From Lama glama (Eukaryota), in the NCBI GenBank assembly GCA_028534125.1, contig CM052817.1, forward strand, positions 85,190,001-85,254,000: DNA of 64,000 bases. Direction: 5' to 3'. Below, one piece after another: positions 53,005 through 64,000 of the stretch (within the stretch, counting starts at the first letter, position 1; every line of letters starts with the position of its first letter). Position numbers and translations under genes: made by a program. The notes under the pieces are model-generated. The model had not been told where the DNA came from and searched no databases. It worked only from the letters and a program-made list of their open reading frames with translations.

Positions 53005-54050
53005 ACTTTTCTTTTTGTTTTAGAATAGATTTAGATTTATAGAAAAGTTGTAAAGATAATACAGAGAGTTCCCATATATCCCCACACACAGTTTCCCATA
53101 TTACTAACATTTTACGTTAGTATGGTTCTCTTGTCATGCAGAATGATCAATATTCATTCATTATTATTACATATTTTGTTCAAATTTTTAACTAATGTCC
53201 TCTTTTCTGTTCCAGGATACATTTAGTTTACGTTTAGTTATCATGTCACCTTAGGCGCCTCATTTTTCCCAATTTTTTTTTTTAATGACCTTGAAAGTTT
53301 TGAAGAATACTTGTCGAGTATATTGAGGATTTTACAATATTAGAATTTGTTTGTTGTTTTTTCATGGTTAGACTAGAGTTATTGTGTTTTGGGGAAAAAT
53401 AACACATCAGTAAAATACCATTCTCATTATGTTATATCAAGGTTATATGTCACCAGCATGACTTATCACTCTAGATGTTAATCTTGATCACCTGACAGGA
53501 AGTGATTGATAAATTTCACCTATGCAAAGTTATGTTTTTTTCTCCCTTTCTATACTGTATTCTTAGGCATAAACTTACTTTGTGCAGCCCATCCTTAAAG
53601 ATGTAGGGTTACTTTCCACCTCTTTAAGGACAAAGTTTCTACATAGATCATTTGAAATTCTTCTACATAGGAGATTTGTCTATTTATTTATTTATTGAGT
53701 TAATCATTTATTTTACTATTTATTTATCTCCCAAATTATTTCAGATCTGGCTGTTGAGAACTCTTTCAGTTGGCTCCTTTGTCCCTTTGAGATACCTCAG
53801 CCCCACTCTCTTTTTGATTTTTTTAGCACTTCCTTACTTTCTGGCATTATAAGATGCTCCAGGCTCCTCTGGAATATTTCCTGACCTAGTCCTAGAATTG
53901 GTCTTGTCTCTAAGGAATCCTGATTTCTTTAATTAGTATTAAAAAGCACAGTCTAGATGTTAGGCTCGTTCATTGCTAGTGGATTGTGATTGCTTCTAGG
54001 CACTCAGCAGATAGAGTAAGGAAATATGTTTATAATACTAACCCATGCAT
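53005..54050 (-). mobile_element. L1MC-like LINE-1 3' end
   Basis: ttttagaatagatttagatttatagaaaagttg...acagagagttcccatata...cttgatcacctg...aagatgctccaggctc. Confidence 0.75.
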
Positions 54051-54840
54051 CTATCCTGTTTCTTTTTATGTTTAATAATTTTTGATCAATTCCTGGACAT
54101 TCTATAGTAAAAAATGTAGAATACCTGAGTGATAGTTTTATTTTCTTCCAACAGAGGAGATGTTTTTAAAGGCAGGTGTCTATGTTTAGCTGCTAGCAGA
54201 TAGACAGATTAGGGGAATATCATCTTAATCCAGTTAGAGACTGGCTAGGTTCAAGATCAGATTTCATTCTTCATGAAGCTCGGTATAATTTTGATTTTCC
54301 CTTTACAAATAGAGTCTCATTTTGAATCTGGGGCATATGTGGGCCCTTGTCATTGGTGCAACCTGAACCCATCTACTTAGCATCACGAGACTGCCTAGGT
54401 TTACTTAGCTTCTCAGCCAGTTTCTTAGTTGCTGCTCTCTGCTTAATTTGTACTTCTTGGAAATTGGCAAGTGTTCCAAGTGGAGGACTAGAGACTAGAG
54501 CAGGTCACATTCACTTCTGATTCCTGTAACTCCAAGATTTTGTCCCAAGTCCAGGCAGCTCTTATATCTCTAAAATCCAGTTATTGTTTTTCAAACCCTG
54601 TGAGGCTTATAAAATCTTTTCTTGGCTACTACTTTCCCTTGGAAGTTCCTTTGGGGGCCTTTCAAACTCCTGTTACATGTGTCTTTAAAAAGGGGACAGA
54701 TGCTTTGGGGAAAAAATATGGTGTAGAATGTCATGATCACCTCAGTGAGTTTTCCTTGTCTTCACAATATTGGCCATTCAAGTCCTAGCCTTGGTAGCTC
54801 TCTGATACCACTGAACACACACTAATACACACATAAATAT

Positions 54841-54866
54841 GTGTGTGTGTGTGTGTGTGTGTGTGT
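54841..54866. repeat. (GT)13 microsatellite
   Basis: Direct sequence. Confidence 0.95.
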
Positions 54867-57489
54867 ATCACATCAAAGCTTTGCACATCAAAGCCAAAAG
54901 GGGACATTTCAGAATATTTTCTTGATAATGATATGATATTTGATCTTGGAAAATTGAGGAATCCCTTTGATTGTCACTTTTTAAAAAAAGCTGGACTAGG
55001 AATCTTGAATCCTTTATTCCTTTGACAGAGTAAAGACCATCTGAAAGAGAATGTATTTAATCTCAAATCTCATGGTTAATACATGAACATTAATATCAGT
55101 CGTATGCTCTGAATATCACCTTAGTAATTGAATTCTTTCTTTTATAGATAATCACAATGATAGCCTAATTATTAAGCTGAACATTTAAAAAAATTTTTTT
55201 GCTAAGAACTAAGAATATTTTATAAGAACTCTTATTTTTTTTTGCTAAGTAAATGAACATATTATATATTTTTAGTAATATTTAATCAAATGTTGGACAG
55301 TCTGTTTAAAAGAGTGCCATGGCCTCATATTCCCCTAGGAGTAACTAATATTTTTGTTAACAAAAGATCTGATATGTCACATTATTATCTCTGGGTTGTT
55401 GATTCGAGTAAAGATTAGCCTCACCTGGTATGGTTGATTCAAGGAAATAAACTTTATATGCTATTTTAGTTAAAAAGGTTAAATGAAATGTCAGTCAGTT
55501 ATTAGAGAATTTCAGTACTTGGTTGATTTTGAATGCTTCAATACAATAAATAACACTTAGACTGAACTTTCAGAATGGCAGCATTTTACAGAACATAAAT
55601 TAAATCTTTGTAATGGCTCTGAAAAGTTCAGTGATAATATCAACATCAGGTCCATGAACATGAGTGATTGTAGTAGTGAGATAATTTTGTTTTAGTTAAT
55701 CATTCTCTGTTGTTTTAGAAAAATAATCCATATTTTGAGCATCATGTGTATATATTCTTGTAGTTTGTTAACTTTAAGATTTTGAGAATCCACATACACA
55801 TATTTGTAAATAATCCTTTTGAATTTGTTTGCATCGACATAACACATATTTGGAATTCTTATACTACTTATGTTAAGAGTAAATATTCATATTTAAATAT
55901 ACCTAAAATGTGGAGAAAATTGAGTAATAAAGAAAATAATAATTGAATGTAGTGCACTGCCAACTTAGTCTGTAATTCTCACTTCCTTTTACTGCATCAG
56001 TGATGACTTCAGGGATCTCATGTTGTAAGCTTCCAAGAATAATTTGGCTTACACCAGTTTCAGTGAAAATTCATAAACTCCCTAAACTCTCCCATAGTTA
56101 TTCTTTCTTATCCTTTCTTGAGGTCTTACTATATGCAAATCAAAAATCACTTTTATCTACCTAACATTACACACATGAAAATAGAAGCAAAGGTATGAAG
56201 AAATTAGTGCCAAGGTACTCTAATAATATTCTTGATTCCTTTGGACCACAGGAGACTTGACTAATATTGTGGAATGAACTGAATGTAGGTTTTTGTATCT
56301 GTGCTACTTTATTTTCTTCACCTATTTATAACAAATCAAAACATATCTTATTTTGTCATATAATTATATTTTTATTCACTGCAAATATAATAATCAATTT
56401 TCCCCACTTTTAAAAATCAACATTATATATTATAGTCAGTGTTATGATCAGCAAGCCATTATCATTATTAGAAAACCTTAAAAATACTTGGACACCTCCT
56501 ACATCAGTAATAGTGCATCATCTGTTAAGTTATGAAAAATACAAAACGAAGTTTAATAAATGGATCTGATCTAATTAATTGGTATTTATATATTCATCAA
56601 ATTAAGAGCTATTTTTGTTTTCATTTTTAGCAGATTTAAAAAATATTAAATTGTAGGATGCAAGCCTTTGTCTTTTTCCTTGTTCCTCATCTTCTGGTTA
56701 TCCAAGACTCCTCAGAGCACACTTAGATAGAAGTAATCCTATTCATATCTTAGAATTAGTGTTTAAAATGCATCACATTATGACAATGGGAAATAGATAA
56801 GAATTTCTTATATTTGAGCTCCTTGAAAAGTAATGTCTATCAACATCTTAATGTTTTATGCTGATCACCTAGAAGATTGACTGGCATATGTACTTTTTTC
56901 TGTAGATGCATAAATAAAAGTTACATTATACACTCAGATTTTATAAGAAGAGGTCCTAGAGGTCATCTAATAAGAATTAAGAATTCCCTAATCAAAATTA
57001 CATACAATCTGAGATTGTACAATTTGTTATAAATTTTGTTGATACAGTTTCCCACATATTTTGGTTTTTGTCTAGAACTCTTTTTCTGACTATGAAATTG
57101 TATTTTCAATATGATGAACCTCTAACAGACTTTCTTTTTTTATAATTATTGTTGTTTTGTTTTTACATTTTTAATTGAGTAATAGTTATTTTATAATGTG
57201 TCAAATTCTAGGGTAGAGCACAATTTTTCAGTCATACATGAACATGTATATATTCATTGTAACATTTTTTTTCGCTATGAGTTACCACAAGATCTTGTAT
57301 ATATTTCCCTGTACTATACAATATAATCTTGTTTATCTATTCTGTATTTTAAAATCCCAGTCTGTCCCTTCCCACCCCCCGCCCCCTTGGCAACCACAAG
57401 TTTGTATTCTATGTCTATGAGTCTGTTTCTCTTTTGTATTTCTGTTTTGTTTTTTTGTTTTGTTTTGTTTGTTTTTTTTTGTTTTTTTG

Positions 57490-57857
57490 GATTCCTCATA
57501 TAAACGATCTCATATGGTATTTTTCTTTCTCTTTCTGGCTTACTTCGCTTTGAATGACATTCTCCAGGAACATCCATGTTGCTGCAAATAGTGTTATGTT
57601 GTTGGTTTTTGTGGCTGAATAGTATTCCATCGTATAAATATACCACTTCTTTTTTATTCAGTAATCTGTTGATGGACATCTAGGCTGCTTCCATGTCTTG
57701 GCTATTGTAAATAGTGCTGCTATGAACATTGGGGTGCAGGTGTCATCCTGAGGTAGGGTTTCTTCTGGATATATGCCCAGGAGCAGGATTCCTGGGTCAT
57801 ATGGTAAGTCTATTCCTAGTCTTTTGAGGAATCTCCATACTGTTTTCCACAGTGGCT
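57490..57857 (-). pseudogene. L1 ORF2 C-terminal remnant (~120 codons, with stops)
   Basis: PLWKTVWRFLKRLGIDLPYDPGILLLGIYP...CTPMFIAALFTIAKTWKQPRCPS...YTMEYYSA. Confidence 0.9.
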
Positions 57858-57998
57858 TTCCTTGCTTCCCTCTCCCACTCTAAATGATTTAGTTGTCTTC
57901 TTTTACAATTTTGTGTTTATTCGTTTTGTAATTCATGGCAGTTATCTCCTTTCCAGTTACGAGTTTCTCATTTTTGTAGCATCCTGCTTCTTTTGTAT

Positions 57999-58875
57999 TT
58001 AGAGTAGACCTGTCAATATTTCTTTTAGCATGGGTTTAGTGTTGCTAAACTCTTTTAGTTTTTGCTTGTCTGTGAAGTTGTTTATCTCTCCTTCTATTCT
58101 AAAGGATAGCCTTGCTGGATAGAGTATCCTAAGCTGCATCTTTTTTTCATTCAGGGCTTTGAATATATCTTGCCACTCCCTTCTGGCCTGTAGTGTTTGT
58201 GTAGAGAAATCAGCTGAGAGCCTTAGGGGGGTTCCCTTGTACCTCACTCTTTGTTTTTCTCTTGCTGTATTTAGGATCATTTCTTTATCCTTGACTTTGG
58301 CCATCTTGATTATGATATGTCTTGGTGTGGGTCTGTTTGGGACCGTCTGAGCCTCCTATACTTGGATATCTGATTTTTTCTTTAGGTTTGGGACATTTTC
58401 AGTCATGATTTCTTCAAATACCTTTTCAATCCCCTTTGTTCTTTCTTCCCCTTTTTGAACCCCTATTGGCACGCTTTGTATTATCCCATAGGTCCCTTAT
58501 ATTGTTTTCATTGTTTTTTATTTGTTTTTCTCTCGGCTGTTCTGTTTGGGTGCTTTCTGTTGTCCTGTCTTCTAGGTCCCTTATTCGTTCCTCTACATTA
58601 TCTAGCCTGCTTTGTACAGCCTTTAGGTCAGCTCTCATCTCAGCAAATGAGTTTACTAATTCTACTTGGTTCTTCTTTATAGCTTCTTTTCCATTTTTGA
58701 CATATTTTATATCTTTAAATACTATTTCTTTTAGATCCTTCAGTACTTTCATCAGTCCTTTTTTGAAATCTTGATCTAGTAGGCCTTCAATGTCTATTTC
58801 CTTGATCATGCTTTCAGGGGATTTCTCTTGATCTTTTAATTGGGAGTAGCTCTTCTGCTTCTTCATATTGCTCAT
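57999..58875 (-). pseudogene. ORF1: L1 ORF1 (coiled-coil/RRM/CTD RNA-binding protein), frameshifted
   Basis: ORF 58426-58875 (SRLDNVEERIRDLED...RDLWDNTKR) and ORF 57999-58304 (AREKQ...LRLSADFSTQTLQARREW...LYPARLSF) are linked by FEEIMTENVPNL...TPRHIIIK in another frame containing one stop. Confidence 0.92.
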
Positions 58876-60222
58876 ATCTCTCTGTGGCTTAAGAAGTATC
58901 AGTTATCTAGTTCTCCTGGAGACATTGTGCTCTTAATGATTTTATCGAGAGCTCTTTGTGTCTTCACCCTGTTCTGAGAACTCAGCTTGCTATTTTCAGA
59001 GGCCCTCTGTTGGTGCCCTTGTCTGTGCTGCTCCCAGTGGCTGTCAGCTAGCAGATTGCGCCCCCTCCTAACACTGGGTCAGGAGCTGAGCTCTTACCCG
59101 GTGGGTGGGCGGGTCACTACCCCTCCTGATGCCACAGTCAGATGCTGCACTCAGGGGTAGGAAGGTGGGTGGATTGCGTCCCCTCTCAGCACTGTGGTCA
59201 GGTGCTGCGTTCATGCGAGGAAAGGGGATGGCTGCCCGCCCTCTCCCAGTGCTGGTCGCTGCTGCTCTGTGCAGCTTCCCGCTCCGCCTCAGATTGGTGC
59301 TCCGAAGGCGGTCTCAGGGAAGACCGTGGAATGGCCCCACCCTTGCTCCATGCCAAATCTCAGCTCCTTGTTTCTCATGGTGGCACAAGTTGTCTGAGGT
59401 GCCAGGGCAGAAAGATCCTATCTGCCTCGGGCTGTAAACAAGTCTCAGTCCTGCCTAACAGGTTGTGGAGCTCCCGTGTGCGGATTCAGGGCTCGGCTCC
59501 TCCCCTGCCCGGGCACTGAGCACAGGAAGAGATGGTGGCTGTGCCCCACCTCTCTTCTCACAAGATGCGCTAGTAATGGCGGCGCAGGTCTGAGGAGACA
59601 AAGGCTATGGCACCCCTCCCTCCAGGGCACACCAGACGTGTTGCTTTGCTTTTTTTTTTTTTTTTTTGCAATTTATGTGGGACTGAGGTTATTCTGCTCC
59701 ATATCCCCTCCCAGCCAGGGCACGCAGCACCCTGCAGTTCCCCGGGGCTGCCTTAGTGAATCCACCCCAGTCCTCCACCCGGCTTGGGCGGCCTGTCCTG
59801 GCCCCAACTGCCAGCTTGCATTTCGGGCTGGGTGTCGCAGGGATCCTTTGTGGCCATTTAACTCAGTTCTGTCAGTCAAGGGGTGCTCGGGGCAGATCTG
59901 AGCCTCGGAGGCTCCTCTTCCATCCCGCTGTTTTGCTGCCTCTCTGTTGGAGAGAGGAGACCCAGCGCGAACAAGCACCAGTCCTCCTTTGCCGCTCCCT
60001 CCCCACGGGATCAGTTCTGCACTGTTTTGCTTTCTCTTCTTTCTTTTTTCCTTTTCTCCTACCAGATTTTTGGCGTCTTTGTCTTTCGAAGAGGGCGATG
60101 TTCTATTGGAGTTCTGCAGGTGCTCTGGTTGGCTGAGTAGGTCCGTAGATGTGAGTTTTGGTGTATTTGTGAGAGAGGGTGAGCTACAAGCGTCCTTCTA
60201 CTCTGCCATCTTGCTTCTCCAG
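58876..60222 (-). promoter_or_regulatory. L1 5'UTR / internal promoter (GC- and CpG-rich), YY1-type CAAGATGGC near the 5' end
   Basis: gccatcttg at 60205-60213 on plus. This is the only CpG-enriched segment of the window, and it lies upstream of ORF1. Confidence 0.8.
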
Positions 60223-61229
60223 TCTAACAGACTTTCATGATGGCACATACAGCTTTATGGAAACTGAATAATATTTTGGTGTATTTACACACAAAATCAT
60301 GCAACAATCACAACCTCACCAGTAGCTCAGATTTATTGGTTTTCTATTGTGTAGTAGAGATAAAAAGGGTTTTTTTGGTTTGTTTTTTTGTTTTTTACCT
60401 TAAGTTCTCTTTAATTTCTTGCCATTTACTGTGTTCTCATGAGTCCCTTCAGAATGTAATGTGGGGTTGAAGTTCACGTCTTGGCTCTGGTTAGTCCTCC
60501 TATCAGGGACAGTATACATTTGTTTGGAACTTGGTATACATTTTCTATATGGTGTCCAATGTATGTGGCTCTACAATTGGAAAATTATCCTCTGTAACCC
60601 AGGTAGTATTGTACAGAATGATTTCGTCAGTATTGATTTAAGCAGTTGATGGTTGCACTGGAGAGGGAAAGTCATTCAATTGTATCAGAGGGCTTTTAGT
60701 AAAAAGCAGTTAGTTAAGCCTGTACTAAATGACATCTTCAAAAGATGTCTTGAGCAATAACCTTAAATTTAATTCTGAGGTTTCCTCTGTTTAATTGCAT
60801 TGTGCTTTCACATTTAATTAAGGTATTTTTAAAGAAAACAAAAAAGGTTTTGCTATGGATCCTTGCTAAGCGCCAAATTCACTAAGAATTTTTTTTTTCT
60901 ACTAGCATAAATTTTCTCAGTTGTCATGTGAATTTTGTGGCTATTATAGTAGTCAGCTTTCTCAGAGAAATAGCACAGCAGTCTGTTCTTGGGATCCTGT
61001 TTTAGGGATAGTTTAGAATAGTCACATGCTATAATTTTCTCATAGAGAAAAATTTATATTCTAAAGCTTGCTTCAGTCTTTTTAATTCAGAAATACTCAC
61101 ATTAAATAGTTTGAAGCTATTGTTTTAGCCATTATTTCAATGGGCTCTAAGTTAACCAAAATCTGTGAATTTTTATACATGCCAGATTTAAGTAGCTATT
61201 AACACATGAAAGAACTTCCTCATTGCCTC

Positions 61230-61512
61230 TTGTTATCTCCCCAACTGATGTTACCTGAGTGGTCTCTCCTTTCCCCACTGCTCCCAATGGCCCTTAACTT
61301 ACCCTGATTTGTATTTTCTCTCATTACACATTACATTTTAATCTAATTTTATTTCCTCATGATAATTATAATTTATTGTCATCTTTCCCACTGAAATGTA
61401 AGCTCTATGAAAGCAGGAATTCTTATACTTTTAATTCAGTCATATATCCCAAATGCCTAGAACAAAGTCTTCCACATGGAAGACATTTGATAAATACCTT
61501 TGAACAAATGAG
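61230..61512 (+). mobile_element. LINE-2 3' fragment
   Basis: cccactgaaatgtaagctctatgaaagcagg...atcccaaatgcctagaaca...taaatacctttgaacaaatga. Confidence 0.7.
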
Positions 61513-62470
61513 TCTCTTCCTTTATGCAAGTGTGAATACTGGTGGTATTCTTCCCAAGAAAATCATTTTTAAGCGACAAGTATGTGAATATCTTTATGCT
61601 ATTTCTGAGGAAGGAATGACAGTTAAAAATGTCCTTACTCTAAAGAATTTACTAAGATTACTACTAAATGAAAAAGTAATTATAATATGCTTCAGAAAGG
61701 AAGCTCCAAAGTCAAGAGAGTTCCCAACTTCTAACAGAGCATCAGGAAAAGTTTTATGGTGGGGCACCCAAGTCTAGCTCTGAGGTGAAAGCAATATTGT
61801 CAGATCTCTTTAGGGGAACTCCTTCTTTTATCACCAGTTTCTGTGTGAGGTTTAGTAATTCCCAGAGTCCTTGGTCCTCTTCCTGAGGGAAATGATTGTC
61901 TTCCCAGTCTACTTTATATGGCTAGTATACAGCTGTGGTTTTGAAATCTTTTTGTCCATTTTTTTCCATTTATTAAGGTAGACATGATGTTTTACCTGTA
62001 AATCTTTGGATGTTTAAATATTGTGATGCCAACTAATGTGAATTTTCCTTATTATTATTTAAATTCTTAGATTTTTGAGCATTTTTGTAAGAGTTGTTTA
62101 AAAGGGCTCTATATCTATAACAGATTTACATCTATATGTACTATATTTAAATACACATATTATACATATATAGATACCATTTAATATATCACATATTCAT
62201 AAAATGTATATTTATGAAAATGCAACATTTATTTATAAAATATATAATTTGTACAACTATGCCATATATGCTTATCAAATGGAGAAGTAGAGAGGGAAAG
62301 GGAGAGAGAGATATTAGGAGCCTACAATTTGTCCTTTTAAAAGTGTCTTTTCCTAGGGTCTGAGAGTTACTCTCATAAAAAACAGTGTGCCAGACAAACA
62401 CTGTACAGCTATGTGGTGAGATCAGTTGGTCCACATGGAGGACTCTTTTTATCTATGTTAGAAACAAGCT

Positions 62471-62643
62471 GAGGGAGGGTGTAGCTCAGTGGTAGAGCAC
62501 ATGCTTAGCTTGCATGAGGTCCTGGGTTCAATCCCCAGTACTTCCATTAAAATAAATGGAAGGAAATAAATAAACCCAATTACCTCCACCCAAAACAAAA
62601 CCAAAACAAAAAAAAAATAAATAAAGTAAAAAAAAAACACAAA
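62471..62643 (+). mobile_element. tRNA-Ala-derived SINE (camelid vic-1-like) with TSD
   Basis: gggtgtagctcagtggtagagcacatgcttagcttgcatgaggtcctgggttcaatccccagtac with an A-rich tail. TSD aaacaagct at 62462-62470 and 62644-62652. Confidence 0.92.
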
Positions 62644-64000
62644 AAACAAGCTATGGCCTAGAACAAAAGCAGGCTGAATAATCTGATTGACATTAGCTAT
62701 ATCTCTAGGCTCAAAACCTAAATAACATGAATCCTGTTATTCTAGTAGGAGAGAAAGACAGTAGAAATCTACAGAGAAGAGTTAAACAAAAGCACAAGAG
62801 ACCCAGAAGATCAAAGAGAGCTCCTCCCTGTCCAGAACCTCTTGCCCAAGCATTCTTGTCTAGGCATCTCCTGAGCAGAGTCAGGTAGACAGCTGGACTG
62901 CACTCAGTAGCTGTGTGGGAAAGACAATCAACAGGGGGAGGAAATAAGTGATGTGACACAAAGACAGAGAGATGATTGTGCTTTCATGAAGTAGCAACAG
63001 TTTTTAGCCTTGTTTATGTCTTCAGACCCTGGGAAATAGGAAGGTCAAACAATAACCATCATTCTGTAGGTTTGGGACCCTAATCTTATGTCCTTGAACT
63101 TGACAATTAAGAAGCAATCCTCCTCGAAGGTAAAGTGAAAGAGGCAGCAGAACAGGATGGCAAAGAAATCCCATTTCACTGGAGCTTGATCTTGACATTA
63201 AAAATGGAAAAATATGACTATATAATAGCGTTCCAAGTTAAAAGATAAAATATAGAGAAAAAGTTGATGTTAAACTTCGAAGGGAAAAGCCTCAAAGGAA
63301 ATAATTAGAGAATGAAAGTTAAGCAGCAAAATCTTTCATTTTTAGTCAAAAAATTTTCATTTACATTGTAAATACAAAAATATTTAATGTCTTTCTCATG
63401 TTACAGAAATAAATTTTATAATAGGAAGTACTGTATCTTTACACATTAACAGAGTATATGTTTTAGTTTCTGTTGAAGAAAACAGTTACTTTACAAATGA
63501 GTCTGCTAATCTGCAAAATTCCAGACTGTAGAGGAAGTTTATGGCTCTAAGAATGCTGTGGGAGGAACATGAGCACTGGAGGACTACCCTTTCTGACCCT
63601 TGCTTTTTCTTTCATGTTTTTTCACCTGCTTCCTCTTTCTGCTCTTCTTGTTCTTGAAATGGCAGCATCTGAATGTAGATTGTGACCCTAGAGGAAATAC
63701 ACAAATAACACTTCTTACGAAATTTCTTCAGCTTATTGCAGCTTTAACCCATGTATGCTAACGCTTATGAATAACAACAGGTGACTTGTTATCTATTATC
63801 TAATATTTTTAGGACTTATGTATATTTTCTTCATATTGAGGAGGTTTTATCAGCTGTTTTACATATTAGGAAACAATATTTCAGTAGATACTGACTATGT
63901 GTATTTTGTACACACCGTCTAAAATGTTTTATTCATTTCTGATAACTCATTATACTAGATCCATTTCTTATCAGTTGCTTATATAAACTAAGATGAGATT

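Larger units (their letters stand above)
57135..60222 (-). mobile_element. LINE-1-derived element with complete 5' end and ORF1 but most of ORF2 deleted (half-L1-like), 3088 bp
   Basis: TSD tctaacagactttc at 57121-57134 and 60223-60236. The 5' start ggagaagcaagatggc is followed by a GC-rich 5'UTR, ORF1 and a ~140-bp spacer, then a direct junction at ~57857 to the ORF2 C-terminus, 3'UTR and A-rich tail. Confidence 0.95.

Noticed and set aside
59105..60240. Cluster of overlapping 67-141 aa ORFs
   Set aside because: They arise from the GC-rich, stop-poor L1 5'UTR and show no recognisable protein motifs
1..64000. Prokaryotic-type systems (CRISPR, operons, defence islands) or a host protein-coding gene
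   Set aside because: The sequence is mammalian repeat-rich DNA, and all interpretable ORFs belong to L1 or ERV fossils. Small host exons cannot be excluded without alignment or RNA-seq

Overview
AT-rich mammalian intergenic or intronic DNA made almost entirely of transposable-element fossils. I recognised no host protein-coding exon, RNA gene or CRISPR array. Two tRNA-Ala-derived SINEs resembling the camelid vic-1 family suggest a camel, llama or alpaca genome (inference). There are three main structures. (1) A ~5.5 kb decayed endogenous retrovirus on the minus strand (~11530-17040) has ERV-L/class III-type protease, RT, RNase H and integrase motifs, a very short gag region with gamma-like matrix motifs, an env-like tail, and no recognisable LTRs. 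(2) A 3.1 kb LINE-1-derived element (57135-60222, minus) with a perfect 14-bp TSD keeps its 5'UTR and ORF1 but has lost almost all of ORF2, like a half-L1 or spliced L1. (3) A related L1 insertion with a 17-bp TSD spans the 500-N assembly gap. The rest is solo LTRs, DNA-transposon MITEs, and L1/L2/CR1/MIR fragments. Repeat family names come from recalled consensus motifs, not from a database search, and boundaries of old elements are approximate.
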